Source: Chloroflexota bacterium (GTDB lineage: Bacteria; Chloroflexota; Anaerolineae; Aggregatilineales; Phototrophicaceae). Taken from it: a DNA stretch of 36,251 nt. This document shows positions 7,706 through 17,982 of the stretch, piece by piece. The notes below the pieces were generated by a model that saw only the letters and a list, made by a program, of their open reading frames with translations, did not search any database and was not told where the DNA came from. Location of the stretch: contig JAADYY010000077.1 of the NCBI GenBank assembly GCA_010092805.1, positions 1 to 36,251 on the forward strand, in the 5' to 3' direction. The number at the start of each line of letters is the position of its first letter. Within the stretch, counting starts at the first letter, position 1. The translations under genes were made by a program, and so were the position numbers.

Positions 7706-8629
7706 TCACACCCCAAGCTGCGCGCCGATCAAATTGGTTTGGCCGCGCACAAAGTCCTCGATGCCGACGGCTTTGCGCCCTTCGAGCTGCACACTCAACG
7801 GCACGAACAGATCCTCGCCTGTACCAATCGCGATCTGCCCATCCCGTGCGAGCACCGTGCCCGGCTCGGCTTGGCCGGAGTCGACGCGCCCGGCCAGAAT
7901 CTTGAGGCCCTTGCCCTCCCACGTCGTTGCGGTGCCCGGCCAGGGCGTGAACGCACGCACCGTCCGCTCGATGGCGGCGGCGCTCGCCGTCCAGTCGATG
8001 ATCCCTTCTTCCTTCTTGATGCGCGGCGCGAGTGTCGCCAGATTGTCGTCCTGCGGCTGCGGCGCGATGTCACCAGCGAAGTAGCCGGGCAATGTGTCGA
8101 TGAGCAGGTCGCCGCCGAGGATCTTCAGCTTGTCGTGCAGCGAAGCGCCGGTTTCGTCTGGGGCGATGTCGATGGCGCGCTGGCTCAGCATTGGCCCGGT
8201 TTCCAGCCCGGCGTCCATCTTCATGATCGTAATGCCTGTTTCGGCATCGCCAGCGCGGATCACCGCTTGAATTGGGGCGGCCCCACGCCAGCGCGGCAGC
8301 AGCGATGCGTGGATATTCAGCGAGCCGAACGGTGGGATGTCCAGGACGGTTTGCGGCAGGATTTGGCCGAACGCCGCCACGACATACACATCTGCATCCC
8401 ATTGTTGTAGTTCGGCAATCGCTTCGGGGCGGCGGATCTTCTCTGGCTGAAATATTGGGATGTTTGCTTCACGTGCCACTTGCTTGATCGGCGACATTTG
8501 AATCTGGCGGCTGCGGCCCGCCGGGCGATCCGGCTGGGTCACGACGCCGATCACATCGTGGGCCTCGATCAAGCGCTGCAGGGCAGGCACGGCGAAATCC
8601 GGCGTGCCCATAAACACGACTCGTGCCAT
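7706..8629 (-). CDS. fmt: Methionyl-tRNA formyltransferase
   Basis: VFMGTPDFA, VTQPDRPAGR, NIHASLLPRWRGAAPIQ, GLETG, RAFTPWPG motifs. Confidence 0.97.
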   Translation of the reverse strand: MARVVFMGTPDFAVPALQRLIEAHDVIGVVTQPDRPAGRSRQIQMSPIKQVAREANIPIFQPEKIRRPEAIAELQQWDADVYVVAAFGQILPQTVLDIPPFGSLNIHASLLPRWRGAAPIQAVIRAGDAETGITIMKMDAGLETGPMLSQRAIDIAPDETGASLHDKLKILGGDLLIDTLPGYFAGDIAPQPQDDNLATLAPRIKKEEGIIDWTASAAAIERTVRAFTPWPGTATTWEGKGLKILAGRVDSGQAEPGTVLARDGQIAIGTGEDLFVPLSVQLEGRKAVGIEDFVRGQTNLIGAQLGV

Positions 8630-8711
8630 CGTTTAGAATTCCTAACGAAATGCTTGTCGGATCCGGCAAACTTGACGATAATGATTGGTAATTTTAACAG
8701 TCCGTCAGTCA

Positions 8712-10532
8712 ATGTCTATGCCGTCATCCAAGCAGTGGTTGATTTCACCACCCGCACCCACCGAAGACCTTCGCCGCTACCGGATGCACCCGGTGCTCGC
8801 GCAAATCCTCTATCAGCGGGGTTACACTGACCCCGACTCGGCGCGTACTTTTTTATATGCCGATGATCTCAGTGCGGGGAGTTTTCTCAATATTCGGGGC
8901 AAAAAACCGAACATTGACCGAGCTTTGAGCCGCATTCGTGTGGCGATCAGGCGGCGGGAGCGGATCGCCATCTATGGTGACTTCGACGCTGATGGCGTGA
9001 CTTCAAGCGTGTTGATGGCACAGACGCTGGAAGCGTTGGGCGCGAACTACGAAGTGTATATTCCGCTGCGCGCGGAAGAAGGCTACGGCCTCAACAGCGA
9101 AGCGCTGCGCAAGCTGGCGCGCTCCGGCGTCCGTTTGGTGATCACGGTGGACTGCGGCGTTCGCGCCGTCGAGGAAGTGGCCGACGGCAACGCTGCCGGA
9201 CTCGACATCATCATCACCGACCATCACTCGATTGGCCCGACGATCCCCGATGCGTATGCGGTGATCAACCCGAAGCTCGACGACTGCGCCTATACCGAAG
9301 ACATGCTCGCTGGGGTCGGTGTTGCATATCGGCTGGCGGAAGCACTGCTGACGATTGACGCGAACAACCGCCGCAACGGTAAAGCAGCACCGCTTGTGGC
9401 TGAAGATCTGCTCGATCTGGTCGCCATCGGGACGGTGGCCGACCTCGCGCCGATGAATCGCAGCGAAAACCGGGCGCTCGTGCGGCGCGGCTTGCGGCGG
9501 ATCAACCAGGCACCGCGTCTGGGATTAGCGGCGCTCGCTGAGGTTGCTGGGCTGACCATCGGCCAGATCGATGCTATGAATATCGGTTTCACGCTGGGGC
9601 CACGCATCAACGCGGCGGGCCGCCTCGATACCGCGATGACAGCCTTTGATTTGCTAGCGTCACGGCAGGACGCGCAGGCGTTGGAGCTAGCCCAGGAACT
9701 CCACACGCTCAACACGCAGCGGCAGGAACTCACGCGCGCCGCACAGGATCTCGTCCGGGATCGGCTGGAATTGGAGGCAATGGATAATCTGCCGCTGATC
9801 TTCGCATCGGATGCCAGCTTCCAGCCGGGGATCGTTGGGCTGGTGGCGGGCCGTCTCACGGAGGAATTCTTCCGCCCGACGGTGGTCATGGAAGAGGGTG
9901 ACGCGGAAAGCCGCGCTTCGTGCCGCAGCATCCCGCAGTTTGACATCACCCAGGCGCTGGATCAGTGCGCGGGGCTGCTGGTGCGGCATGGCGGTCACGC
10001 GCAAGCGGCGGGCTTCACCGTGCGCAACGAGAATATCGACGCGCTGCGGGAGCAGCTCACGCGCATTGCACGTGAGGCGCTGCGCGGTCAGGATTTGCAG
10101 CCGACACTCCAGATCGATGCCGAGCTGCCCGCCGAGCAAATCAACATTGAGTTGGCCGAGGCGCTGCGCGACCTGGAACCGACCGGCCACCTAAATCCAT
10201 CGCCCGTGTTGGTGACCCGGCGGCTGCAAGTGCTCGAATGGCGGACGGTGGGGCGCGACGATCAGCACCTGAAGATCAAGTTTGGGCGGCAGGGCGGCCC
10301 GCCTATCGATGCGATTGCGTTCCGGATGGCAGAATGGGGGCCGCACCTGGGCGCGTATGTCGATGTGGCGTACGCACTGGAGATCAACGAATGGAACGGC
10401 GCGCGCACGGCGCAACTCAACGTGCGCGATCTACAGCCAGTCGAGGTGGCCGCAGTCGAAGATCCCCTTGAACGGGCCATCAATGAACGCACTTTCAACA
10501 AACGCGCTGCGCAGGCGCGGAACGGTCGCTGA
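8712..10532 (+). CDS. recJ: Single-stranded-DNA-specific exonuclease RecJ
   Basis: YGDFDADG, ITVDCG, ITDHH, GTVAD, PRINAAGR and GGHAQAAG motifs plus a C-terminal OB-like region. Start is ambiguous (8712 or 8718). Confidence 0.96.
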   Translation: MSMPSSKQWLISPPAPTEDLRRYRMHPVLAQILYQRGYTDPDSARTFLYADDLSAGSFLNIRGKKPNIDRALSRIRVAIRRRERIAIYGDFDADGVTSSVLMAQTLEALGANYEVYIPLRAEEGYGLNSEALRKLARSGVRLVITVDCGVRAVEEVADGNAAGLDIIITDHHSIGPTIPDAYAVINPKLDDCAYTEDMLAGVGVAYRLAEALLTIDANNRRNGKAAPLVAEDLLDLVAIGTVADLAPMNRSENRALVRRGLRRINQAPRLGLAALAEVAGLTIGQIDAMNIGFTLGPRINAAGRLDTAMTAFDLLASRQDAQALELAQELHTLNTQRQELTRAAQDLVRDRLELEAMDNLPLIFASDASFQPGIVGLVAGRLTEEFFRPTVVMEEGDAESRASCRSIPQFDITQALDQCAGLLVRHGGHAQAAGFTVRNENIDALREQLTRIAREALRGQDLQPTLQIDAELPAEQINIELAEALRDLEPTGHLNPSPVLVTRRLQVLEWRTVGRDDQHLKIKFGRQGGPPIDAIAFRMAEWGPHLGAYVDVAYALEINEWNGARTAQLNVRDLQPVEVAAVEDPLERAINERTFNKRAAQARNGR

Positions 10533-11989
10533 TGCCGATTCGTGGGTTCATTTGGCTGATGGTGTGGGGGCTGCTCAGCGGCGGTGTGGTGGGGCAGGCG
10601 CAGGATGCCGATCTAACGCTCGGCGAGCCGGTGGTGCGGCGCATCGACGTGCCCGCCGATGAAAACATCTTCGGCGTCGTCGAGGCCTTCTGGCTGCCCG
10701 AAGCTGCCTGCCAACTCAATGTAGGTTGGGAGCGCATCATCTTCGATTGGGCGCAGCACCAGCCGAACGGCCCCGACGACTGGCACACACTCAACGTCGA
10801 TGACCGCTGGCTAAAGGCGGCCAACGACTGCGACCGCGAAGTCGTCGCTGTGATCAAGCACACGCCTGCCTGGGCCACCGATGGCACACCCGGCCCCGGT
10901 GTCCCGCGCGGCCTGGATCTGCCGGTGGACGATCCAGGCAACCTGTGGGCGAATTTCATGCGGCGCGCTGCTGAATACTACGCCAGCCGAGGGGTGCGCC
11001 GCTTCATCATCTGGAATGAGCCGGACATTGAGCTGGGGACATACGGCTTCGAGTTCGAGGGCGATCTGGAAGCTTATTTCCAGATGGTGCGCGTCGCCTA
11101 TCACGCGGCGCGGCAGGGCAACCCCGCCGCCGTGATCCATCTGGCGGGGACGACTTACTGGCACGACGTCAACGCCGGGCGGCGGCTGTACATGGATCGG
11201 CTGCTGGAGCGGATCATGGCCGACCCAGACGCGGCGGCGCACGATTACTACTTCGATGTGCTGACGCTGCACATTTACTTCCGAAGCGAAACCGTCTACC
11301 AGATTGTCCATGAGCACCGTGCGCTGCTTGACGGCTACGGCTTGGAAGATAAGCACATCTGGATCACCGAAACCAACGCTTCGCCGAACCGCGATCCGCT
11401 GTGGCCTGTCGTGCGCCCCAATTGGCAGATCACGCTGGAGCAGCAGGGCGCGTATCTGGTGCAGGCGGCGGCGCTGGCGTTGGCCGCTGGCGCAGATCAC
11501 ATTGGTGTGTACAAGCTGTTCGACTGGGCGCTGCCACCTGGCGCTGAGTCGTTTGGCTTGATCCGCGCCGATGAGTCGCGCCGTCCTGCGTTCGACTCGT
11601 GGCGGATGGTCAGCGAGCGGTTCAACGGCGTCGATCAAGCGGTATTTGCGCACACAGATCGCGTAGCGGTCGTTCGCTTGAGGCAGACTATCGGCCAGGA
11701 AGCGCACGAAATCTATGTCGCGTGGGCGCGCACCGCCGATCCGGCGCAGATCTGGATTCCGGCGACGGATGACAAAGCGCAGATCCTCGACCAATATGGT
11801 GCTATGATAGTGGCGCACCCGGTCGGCGGCGGTTATCACCTGACGCTGCCGGGGGCTGTCTGCAATGCAATTGATCGCTGCCCGGTGGGTGGCTTGGTCA
11901 CAGTGTTGGTCCAGCCATTGCCTAACGAGCCGGGCGGTCAGCTTGTTGAAATCGCAGCCGGCGAGTCGATACCGATCTATCTGCCGTGA
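10532..11989 (+). CDS. Secreted clan GH-A-like glycoside hydrolase (GH39/GH5-like)
   Basis: Signal peptide ending AQD; FIIWNEPD (acid/base Glu), LTLHIY, IWITETN (nucleophile Glu). Start overlaps the recJ stop (TGATG). Confidence 0.8.
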   Translation: MPIRGFIWLMVWGLLSGGVVGQAQDADLTLGEPVVRRIDVPADENIFGVVEAFWLPEAACQLNVGWERIIFDWAQHQPNGPDDWHTLNVDDRWLKAANDCDREVVAVIKHTPAWATDGTPGPGVPRGLDLPVDDPGNLWANFMRRAAEYYASRGVRRFIIWNEPDIELGTYGFEFEGDLEAYFQMVRVAYHAARQGNPAAVIHLAGTTYWHDVNAGRRLYMDRLLERIMADPDAAAHDYYFDVLTLHIYFRSETVYQIVHEHRALLDGYGLEDKHIWITETNASPNRDPLWPVVRPNWQITLEQQGAYLVQAAALALAAGADHIGVYKLFDWALPPGAESFGLIRADESRRPAFDSWRMVSERFNGVDQAVFAHTDRVAVVRLRQTIGQEAHEIYVAWARTADPAQIWIPATDDKAQILDQYGAMIVAHPVGGGYHLTLPGAVCNAIDRCPVGGLVTVLVQPLPNEPGGQLVEIAAGESIPIYLP

Positions 11990-12070
11990 AATGGCCAGCA
12001 ACCCAGATGGGGTAGGGTGTAGATCTGGCTCGCCAACGAAATGATCACAGAGTAGTTTAGGGAGTTATGG

Positions 12071-13045
12071 ATGTCCGCAGCACAACAGCAGCCGAAACAA
12101 TTCTCTTATGGCGGCCAGGCCGTCATCGAAGGCGTGATGATGCGCGGCGCACACAAATTCGCGGTGGCGGTGCGCAACCCCGAAAACGAGATCGTCGTCC
12201 ATGAGCAGCCGCTGAACGCGCGGTTATATCGCGGCTGGGTCAGCAAGACGCCGTTTGTGCGTGGGCTGGTCGGTTTGTGGGACGCGCTCGGTTTAGGCAC
12301 GCGCGCGCTGATGTGGTCGGCGGATGTGGCGCTGGGCGAAGAGGAGGAGAGCGTCAGCTTCAATGGGCCGCTGGGCTATGGCACGCTGGCGATCTCGCTG
12401 ATGATCGGGATTGGCATCTTCTTTCTGCTGCCCACCTCGGCGGCGACGGGCATTGACCGCCTGTTCGGGTTGGAGGAAGCGCCGTTCCTCGTCAACCTGA
12501 TCGAGGGGATCATCCAGCTCATCATGCTGATCGGCTACATCTGGCTGATTGGTCGGCTGCCGGACGTGAAGCGGTTGTTCGGCTATCACGGCGCGGAGCA
12601 CAAGACGATCAATGCGTATGAAGCGGGCGCGGAACTGACGCCGGAAGTCGTCGCCACCTACCCAATCGAACACCCGCGCTGCGGGACCGCTTTCCTGCTG
12701 AATGTGGCGTTTGTGGGCGTGCTGGTGTTCTCGCTGCTGGGGCGTCCTCCATTCCTGATCCTGATTTTGTCACGCATCATCTTGATCCCGGTGATCGCGG
12801 GCATCGCCTATGAGGTGATCCGTTTCACGGCCAAGAACATGCACCGCCCGATCATCCGTGTGATCGTCAAGCCGAATCTGGCGCTGCAGCACCTCACGAC
12901 GCGCGAACCCGACCTGAGCATGATCGAAGTGGCGATCACCGCGTTCAAGCGGGTGCTGGTCTCCGAGTCGGTCATCAGCGAGGAAGAGGGCGCGCGCCCG
13001 GTGGTGGGTGCCAACGCGAAAGCTGCCTCCGTGAGCGGTGATTGA
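12071..13045 (+). CDS. DUF1385 family membrane protein
   Basis: YGGQAVIEGVMMRG, YHGAEHKTI, HPRCGTAF and TTREP motifs, several TM segments, GGGAG SD. Confidence 0.92.
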   Translation: MSAAQQQPKQFSYGGQAVIEGVMMRGAHKFAVAVRNPENEIVVHEQPLNARLYRGWVSKTPFVRGLVGLWDALGLGTRALMWSADVALGEEEESVSFNGPLGYGTLAISLMIGIGIFFLLPTSAATGIDRLFGLEEAPFLVNLIEGIIQLIMLIGYIWLIGRLPDVKRLFGYHGAEHKTINAYEAGAELTPEVVATYPIEHPRCGTAFLLNVAFVGVLVFSLLGRPPFLILILSRIILIPVIAGIAYEVIRFTAKNMHRPIIRVIVKPNLALQHLTTREPDLSMIEVAITAFKRVLVSESVISEEEGARPVVGANAKAASVSGD

Positions 13046-13161
13046 TCAACCGGCTGCATAGGCTCAAGATGCACTGCGCATAGCCAATCGGTCTCATGGT
13101 TCCTGACCGAAAATCGGGGCTACAATAATTTTCGTGTCCCGGTTCATCTCAGGAGTGACCG

Positions 13162-14502
13162 ATGGCTTCCGATGCCGAGCAACTCGCCCGCGCCCGCGAG
13201 TACATCAAGCAGAAGCAGTACAAAGATGCGCGCCGCATCCTCAAGAAGATTGATGATCCCAAAGCCGATGAATGGCTGGCCCGCATCGACGAGATCGAAC
13301 CGGCGCAGCGTGGTCGGTCTGGCGGTCGCCGCAGGATCAGGGGGCTGGATGTCGCGCTGGTGCTGCTGATCTTGGCTGGCTTGGGGTTCCTGGGGGTGTA
13401 TTTTCTGGTGCCGGATCTGCTCTCGCCCGCTGGTGACGCGCCAGATGGTGACTCCGCATCCGCAGCACCGACCACCCTCACGCTGGCCGCTGAAGTCGCC
13501 GCTGGTGGCACCCTCACGCTCACCTATCCGCTGAATTGGTTTATCATCGACACAGGGGCCGCCGAAGCCACCGACGAAATCCGCCTGACAAATGATGTGC
13601 GTTTCCTCAACCCGGATGATGCCCCGGAGACTTTTGAACCGGGGAGTCTGCTGCTCAGCGTGTCGATAGCGACGCCCCAAACCATTGCCGATTTGCCGCG
13701 CACCCGGGTCGCTGCCGAGGATGTAACCTTGGAGGTTGCGGCGGCGGCAGCCCGCACACGACTGGCTGATCAGCGCTTGACGGCCAGCGACCCGGAGCCT
13801 GTGACGATCAATGGGCTGCCCGCCGCACAGATCGCGGTGACCGATGATGGCTTTGAGGCGCGCACCCTCGTGATCGATCTTGGTGAGGCGTATGCGATCA
13901 CGACCGAGACGGCAGCGGTTGGCGAACTGCCGGTGGCGCAGACGATTACACAGCCAATCATCACGTCGATCCTGTACGAACCGCCCGTGATTCTGCGCGC
14001 TGGGGGCGTGGCGCTGACAGCAGAATTCATCGCCGAGTCTGCGGCGGGGGCGACCTTGACTGTTTTTCATCCCGAAGGCTGGGATGCGCGCGCCGACGTG
14101 ATCCCCGAAGAAACCCCGGCCATCCGGCTGGCGACGACCAGCAACTATTTAACGCTCAACCCCGCTGATCAGCGCGATTTGCAATCGGGCGAGCTGTTTG
14201 TCACGCTCACCTCGGTGGAAAAAGCGTCGCTGGAAACGGTGTTGACTCCCGATGCGTTCCTCGATACTTATATTGATGCCGAAATCGCCCCGCAAGGGTT
14301 TTTGATGACGGTGCCCACATCGCTGCCCATCAACGGCTTCTCGGCGGCGGCGGCGGAAAGCCGCACCGATGATCTGCTGGTGCTGGTGATTGATCGCGGC
14401 GACCACTTCACCCTGGTCAGCGCGCAGTCGTTCCCTGGCGAAATCGAAGGGTATCGTGCGCTCATCGATGGGATTGCCACCAACAGCGTCTACGTGGGCT
14501 GA
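13162..14502 (+). CDS. Single-pass membrane protein: short N-terminal helical module, TM, then two tandem homologous (PsbP/DcrB-like) domains
   Basis: AGGAG SD and TACAAT at 13121-13126. TM segment VALVLLILAGLGFLGVYFLV. Internal duplication TLTLTYPLNW...INGLPAA...LVIDLG versus TLTVFHPEGW...INGFSAA...LVIDRG. Confidence 0.8.
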   Translation: MASDAEQLARAREYIKQKQYKDARRILKKIDDPKADEWLARIDEIEPAQRGRSGGRRRIRGLDVALVLLILAGLGFLGVYFLVPDLLSPAGDAPDGDSASAAPTTLTLAAEVAAGGTLTLTYPLNWFIIDTGAAEATDEIRLTNDVRFLNPDDAPETFEPGSLLLSVSIATPQTIADLPRTRVAAEDVTLEVAAAAARTRLADQRLTASDPEPVTINGLPAAQIAVTDDGFEARTLVIDLGEAYAITTETAAVGELPVAQTITQPIITSILYEPPVILRAGGVALTAEFIAESAAGATLTVFHPEGWDARADVIPEETPAIRLATTSNYLTLNPADQRDLQSGELFVTLTSVEKASLETVLTPDAFLDTYIDAEIAPQGFLMTVPTSLPINGFSAAAAESRTDDLLVLVIDRGDHFTLVSAQSFPGEIEGYRALIDGIATNSVYVG

Positions 14503-14504
14503 CC

Positions 14505-15146
14505 TCAGCTTGCTTTGCGTGCCCACACCACATAGAGCGGGTCGGCCCCGCCAAACAGACCGCTTCGGCCCGCTTGCGCTGTCTCGGCGGTGATGTTTGC
14601 CCAGTTGCCCGCCGCCTCGAAATACTGCGTCACCAGCGCCAGGTGCTGCTGATCGGTGGTTGACAGCCACACCGCGACGGCTTTGGTGGGAAAGCAGCGG
14701 TTGGAGAACGACACCACAAAGACCCCGCCCGGCTTGATCACCCGGTTGACCTCGGCGAACACCGCCGCCGGTTGGGTGAGATACTGCACCGATACTGTGC
14801 AGACGGCGGCATCGAAGGCGGCATCCTCAAAGGGCAGCGCCTGATTTTGATTGAGGTTTTGCACCACATGATCATCGAGTTGTGGATTGTCGGCCATCTC
14901 TTCGGCGTTCATCCCCAGCCCCACCACCCGCGCCGGGCTGAGGCTTGCGGGCAGATGCGAGCGCCAACTGCTCATCAAATCGAGGTAGGTGCCGCCCGGC
15001 GGCAGCAGTGCCGCGAAACGTGTATTGAGTGTGTTAATGGCGCTGTCATCAATGTGAACCACTTTGCGTGGGTCGGTGTAAAACAGCGCATCGTCGCTTT
15101 CATCCCGGCGGGCGAAGTATTCCGCTGGGAAAGCCGTTTCAGCCAT
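14505..15146 (-). CDS. Class I SAM-dependent methyltransferase (type 11)
   Basis: F.R.DE.DD..FY..PR.V.HID N-terminus, LDLMSSWRSH, GLGMN, VSVQYL, SFSNRCFPTKA. ATG 15146 with GGAG SD. Confidence 0.9.
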   Translation of the reverse strand: MAETAFPAEYFARRDESDDALFYTDPRKVVHIDDSAINTLNTRFAALLPPGGTYLDLMSSWRSHLPASLSPARVVGLGMNAEEMADNPQLDDHVVQNLNQNQALPFEDAAFDAAVCTVSVQYLTQPAAVFAEVNRVIKPGGVFVVSFSNRCFPTKAVAVWLSTTDQQHLALVTQYFEAAGNWANITAETAQAGRSGLFGGADPLYVVWARKAS

Positions 15147-15247
15147 GTGATGTTCTCCGAACTTTTGCAACTGCCGATAGCCTAGTCGTGCCGATTTAGC
15201 CAGGTATGAGCGTCAGTTGTATGATCGGTGAACTGGGCAGCGCCAGC

Positions 15248-17857
15248 CTACTCGTCCTCAGCCATGCGCTTGAGTTCGTAGAGTTTGGTCAGCGCCTCAA
15301 TCGGGCTGAGGTTATCGACCTCCAGGGCACGCAGGGCAGTCAGCGCGGCGTGCGGCGTGTCATCGAACATCTTCACCTGGTACGGATTCGCTTTCTTACG
15401 GCGCGCCGTCGGCAGTTCAAACGTGCTGCTCTGCGTCTCCAGATCGGCCAGCAGTTCGCGCGCCCGATCCACAACCGGGCGCGGCATGCCGGCCAACTGT
15501 GCCACATGCACGCCGTAGCTGCGGTCTGCGCCGCCGGGTATCACTTTATGCAGAAACACGACATCCTCGCCGCGTTCAGTCACCGCGACGTTGAAATTGC
15601 GCACGCGCGGCAGAATGTTGGGCAGCTCGGTGAGTTCGTGATAGTGGGTGGCAAACAATGTCCGGCAGTTGAGGCGCTGATGATTGTGCAGATATTCGAC
15701 GACCGCGCGCGCAATCGCCAGGCCATCATACGTCGAAGTGCCGCGCCCCACCTCGTCGAGGATCAGCAGGCTGCGCGACGTGCTGCCGGAGAGGAGGCGT
15801 GCCGTTTCGATCATCTCGACCATGAAGGTGCTGTACCCGGCGTGGATCTCGTCCTGCGCGCCGATGCGCGCGAAGATCCGGTCAACGAGGCCGATGCTCG
15901 CTTCATCGGCGGGCACAAAACTGCCGATCTGCGCCATCAGTGTGATGATCGCCACCTGCCGAATGTACGTCGATTTGCCGGACATGTTCGGCCCGGTGAT
16001 CACGTGGATGCGCGACATCGTATCGAAGTGGGTGTCGTTGGGCACGTAGCGGACACCGCCGTCCATGAGCTGTTCGACGACGGGATGACGCCCATCCTTG
16101 ATGATCAGCAGGTCGTCTTCGGTGAGGCTTGGGCGGATGTAGCCTTCGCGGACGGCCACATCCGCCAGCGAGAGGAAGGCATCGAGGTGGGCCAGCGCGC
16201 GCCCGGTGCTGAGCAGCCGCTCTGCCGATTGACATAACTCTGCGCACAGCGCGTCAAACAGGCTGCGCTCTACTTTGAGGATTTCCTCCTCTGCATTGAG
16301 CACCAGTGTTTCATATTCTTTGAGTTCCGGCGTGATGTAGCGTTCGGCGTTGACAAGCGTCTGCTTGCGGACGTAATCGTCGGGGACGCGCTCAGCGTTC
16401 GCGCGTGAGACCTCAATGTAATAGCCGAAAACTTTGTTGTACCCCACCTTAAGTGTGCTGATGCCGGTGCGCTCACGCTCGCGCGGTTCCAGGTTGGCGA
16501 TCCACTCGCGCGAGTCGCGGGTGGCCGTTAAAATGCCGTCGAGTTCGTTTGAATAGCCGGGTTTGATCACGCCGGTGGTGTTGAGGATGGCGGGCGTCTC
16601 ATCGTTGATGGCGCGGCTGATGTGGTCGTTGACCTCTGTACAAGGATCGAGGCGTTCGGTGAGCGCGGCCAGCGCCGGGAGTGACTCGATCAGCGCCCGG
16701 ATCGTGGGCACAGTGTCGAGGCTCGTGCGCAGCGCCAGCAGATCGCGCGGGCCAGCTTTGCCGATCAACAGCCGGTTGGTCAGGCGCTCCAGATCCGAGA
16801 CGCTGCGTAGTTGATCTTGGAGTTCGGCGCGCAGCGTTGCCTCAGCGGTCAACGCTTCGACTGCATCGAGGCGTGCGTTCAACCGCTTGAGATCGAGCAG
16901 CGGTTGGTTGATCCAGGTACGCAGCAAGCGCGCGCCCATTGCGGTGACGGTGCGGTCGAGCACGCTCAGCAGACTCCCTTTGACCTGCCGCCCGCGAATC
17001 GTTTCGGTAAGCTCAAGGTTGCGCCGCGTAAACTGATCCAGCACCATGAAACTGCCCGTCGAGTAGGGTCGGATCGTGGTGATCTGCGCGAGCTGGCCGC
17101 GCTGGGTGTCGCGCAGGTAGTGGAGAATCGCCCCAGCGGCGGCGGTCGCAGCGGGCAGAGCGTCCAGGCCGAAGCCATCCAGCGAGCGGACGTTGAAATG
17201 CTGCGCCAGGGTGGTGTGGGCGGTATCGTGCTCAAAGCGCCAATCGGCGGTGCGTGTGATATGGGTCTCGCCGGGCAGCGAGACACCGCGCTCGACCCAG
17301 CTTTCTGGCATCAGTACCTCGCTGGGGGCCAGACGCGCGAGTTCTTCCAGCACGGCGACGGCGGCGTTTTCGCCCGCCAACTCCGTGACGCCGAATTCGC
17401 CCGTGGTGATGTCCACGTAGGCCAGCCCGGCGCGCTCCCATTGACCCGACTCGACACTGCCGATAGGCAGCAGCGACATGAGATAGTTGGGTTTCGTCTC
17501 TGCGAGCAGCGCGGGTTCGATCACGGTGCCCGGCGTGATCACACGGGTGACTTCACGATCCACCAAGCCCCGTCCGTTCGGCTCGCTGACCTGTTCGCAG
17601 ATGGCAACGTGATACCCCTTTTCGATCAAGCGCGCGACGTAAGTTTCGACGGCGTGATGCGGCACCCCGGCCATAGGGATGCGATCTTTTTTGCTCACGG
17701 GGCGGCTGGTCAGCACCAAATCGAGTTCACGGGCGGTGGTTTCGGCGTCCTCGTCAAAGGTTTCGTAAAAATCACCTAGGCGGAAGAACAAAATACAATC
17801 CGGGTACTGTTCCTTAATATCCAGGTATTGCTGACGCAGCGGTGTGACCTGTGGCAT
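15248..17857 (-). CDS. mutS: DNA mismatch repair protein MutS
   Basis: TP..QQY, FFRLGDFYETF, ITGPNMSGKSTY, STFMVEM, DEVGRGTSTYDG, FATHYHEL and SYGVHVA motifs. Confidence 0.98.
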   Translation of the reverse strand: MPQVTPLRQQYLDIKEQYPDCILFFRLGDFYETFDEDAETTARELDLVLTSRPVSKKDRIPMAGVPHHAVETYVARLIEKGYHVAICEQVSEPNGRGLVDREVTRVITPGTVIEPALLAETKPNYLMSLLPIGSVESGQWERAGLAYVDITTGEFGVTELAGENAAVAVLEELARLAPSEVLMPESWVERGVSLPGETHITRTADWRFEHDTAHTTLAQHFNVRSLDGFGLDALPAATAAAGAILHYLRDTQRGQLAQITTIRPYSTGSFMVLDQFTRRNLELTETIRGRQVKGSLLSVLDRTVTAMGARLLRTWINQPLLDLKRLNARLDAVEALTAEATLRAELQDQLRSVSDLERLTNRLLIGKAGPRDLLALRTSLDTVPTIRALIESLPALAALTERLDPCTEVNDHISRAINDETPAILNTTGVIKPGYSNELDGILTATRDSREWIANLEPRERERTGISTLKVGYNKVFGYYIEVSRANAERVPDDYVRKQTLVNAERYITPELKEYETLVLNAEEEILKVERSLFDALCAELCQSAERLLSTGRALAHLDAFLSLADVAVREGYIRPSLTEDDLLIIKDGRHPVVEQLMDGGVRYVPNDTHFDTMSRIHVITGPNMSGKSTYIRQVAIITLMAQIGSFVPADEASIGLVDRIFARIGAQDEIHAGYSTFMVEMIETARLLSGSTSRSLLILDEVGRGTSTYDGLAIARAVVEYLHNHQRLNCRTLFATHYHELTELPNILPRVRNFNVAVTERGEDVVFLHKVIPGGADRSYGVHVAQLAGMPRPVVDRARELLADLETQSSTFELPTARRKKANPYQVKMFDDTPHAALTALRALEVDNLSPIEALTKLYELKRMAEDE

Positions 17858-17925
17858 TTGGTATACTCACCGTATTCAGATTAAACGACGCCAATGGCAC
17901 TGAGGACGAATGCGTTTGAACAACC

Positions 17926-17954
17926 ATTCTAACAGCAGGGTGCGGCGCGTTCAA
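17926..17954 (-). promoter_or_regulatory. Putative sigma70 promoter for mutS
   Basis: Minus strand: TTGAAC (17954-17949), 17 nt, TAGAAT (17931-17926), with extended -10 TGn. Confidence 0.6.
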
Positions 17955-17982
17955 CCGCTGCACAGAGAGGGAAACCGCGATC

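Noticed and set aside
7485-8084. 199-aa ORF starting within the palindromic element
   Set aside because: It runs through hairpin sequence and antisense into fmt, with no transposase or other motif.
10811-12001. 396-aa minus-strand ORF antisense to the first GH gene
   Set aside because: Arg/His/Gln-rich antisense shadow with no recognisable motifs.
15206-17779. 343-aa and 322-aa plus-strand ORFs antisense to mutS
   Set aside because: Typical antisense shadows of a conserved gene.
17918-17929. LexA-like box GAACAACCATTC overlapping the mutS -10
   Set aside because: One mismatch in an 8-base consensus and a single site, which is likely by chance; mutS is not usually SOS-regulated.
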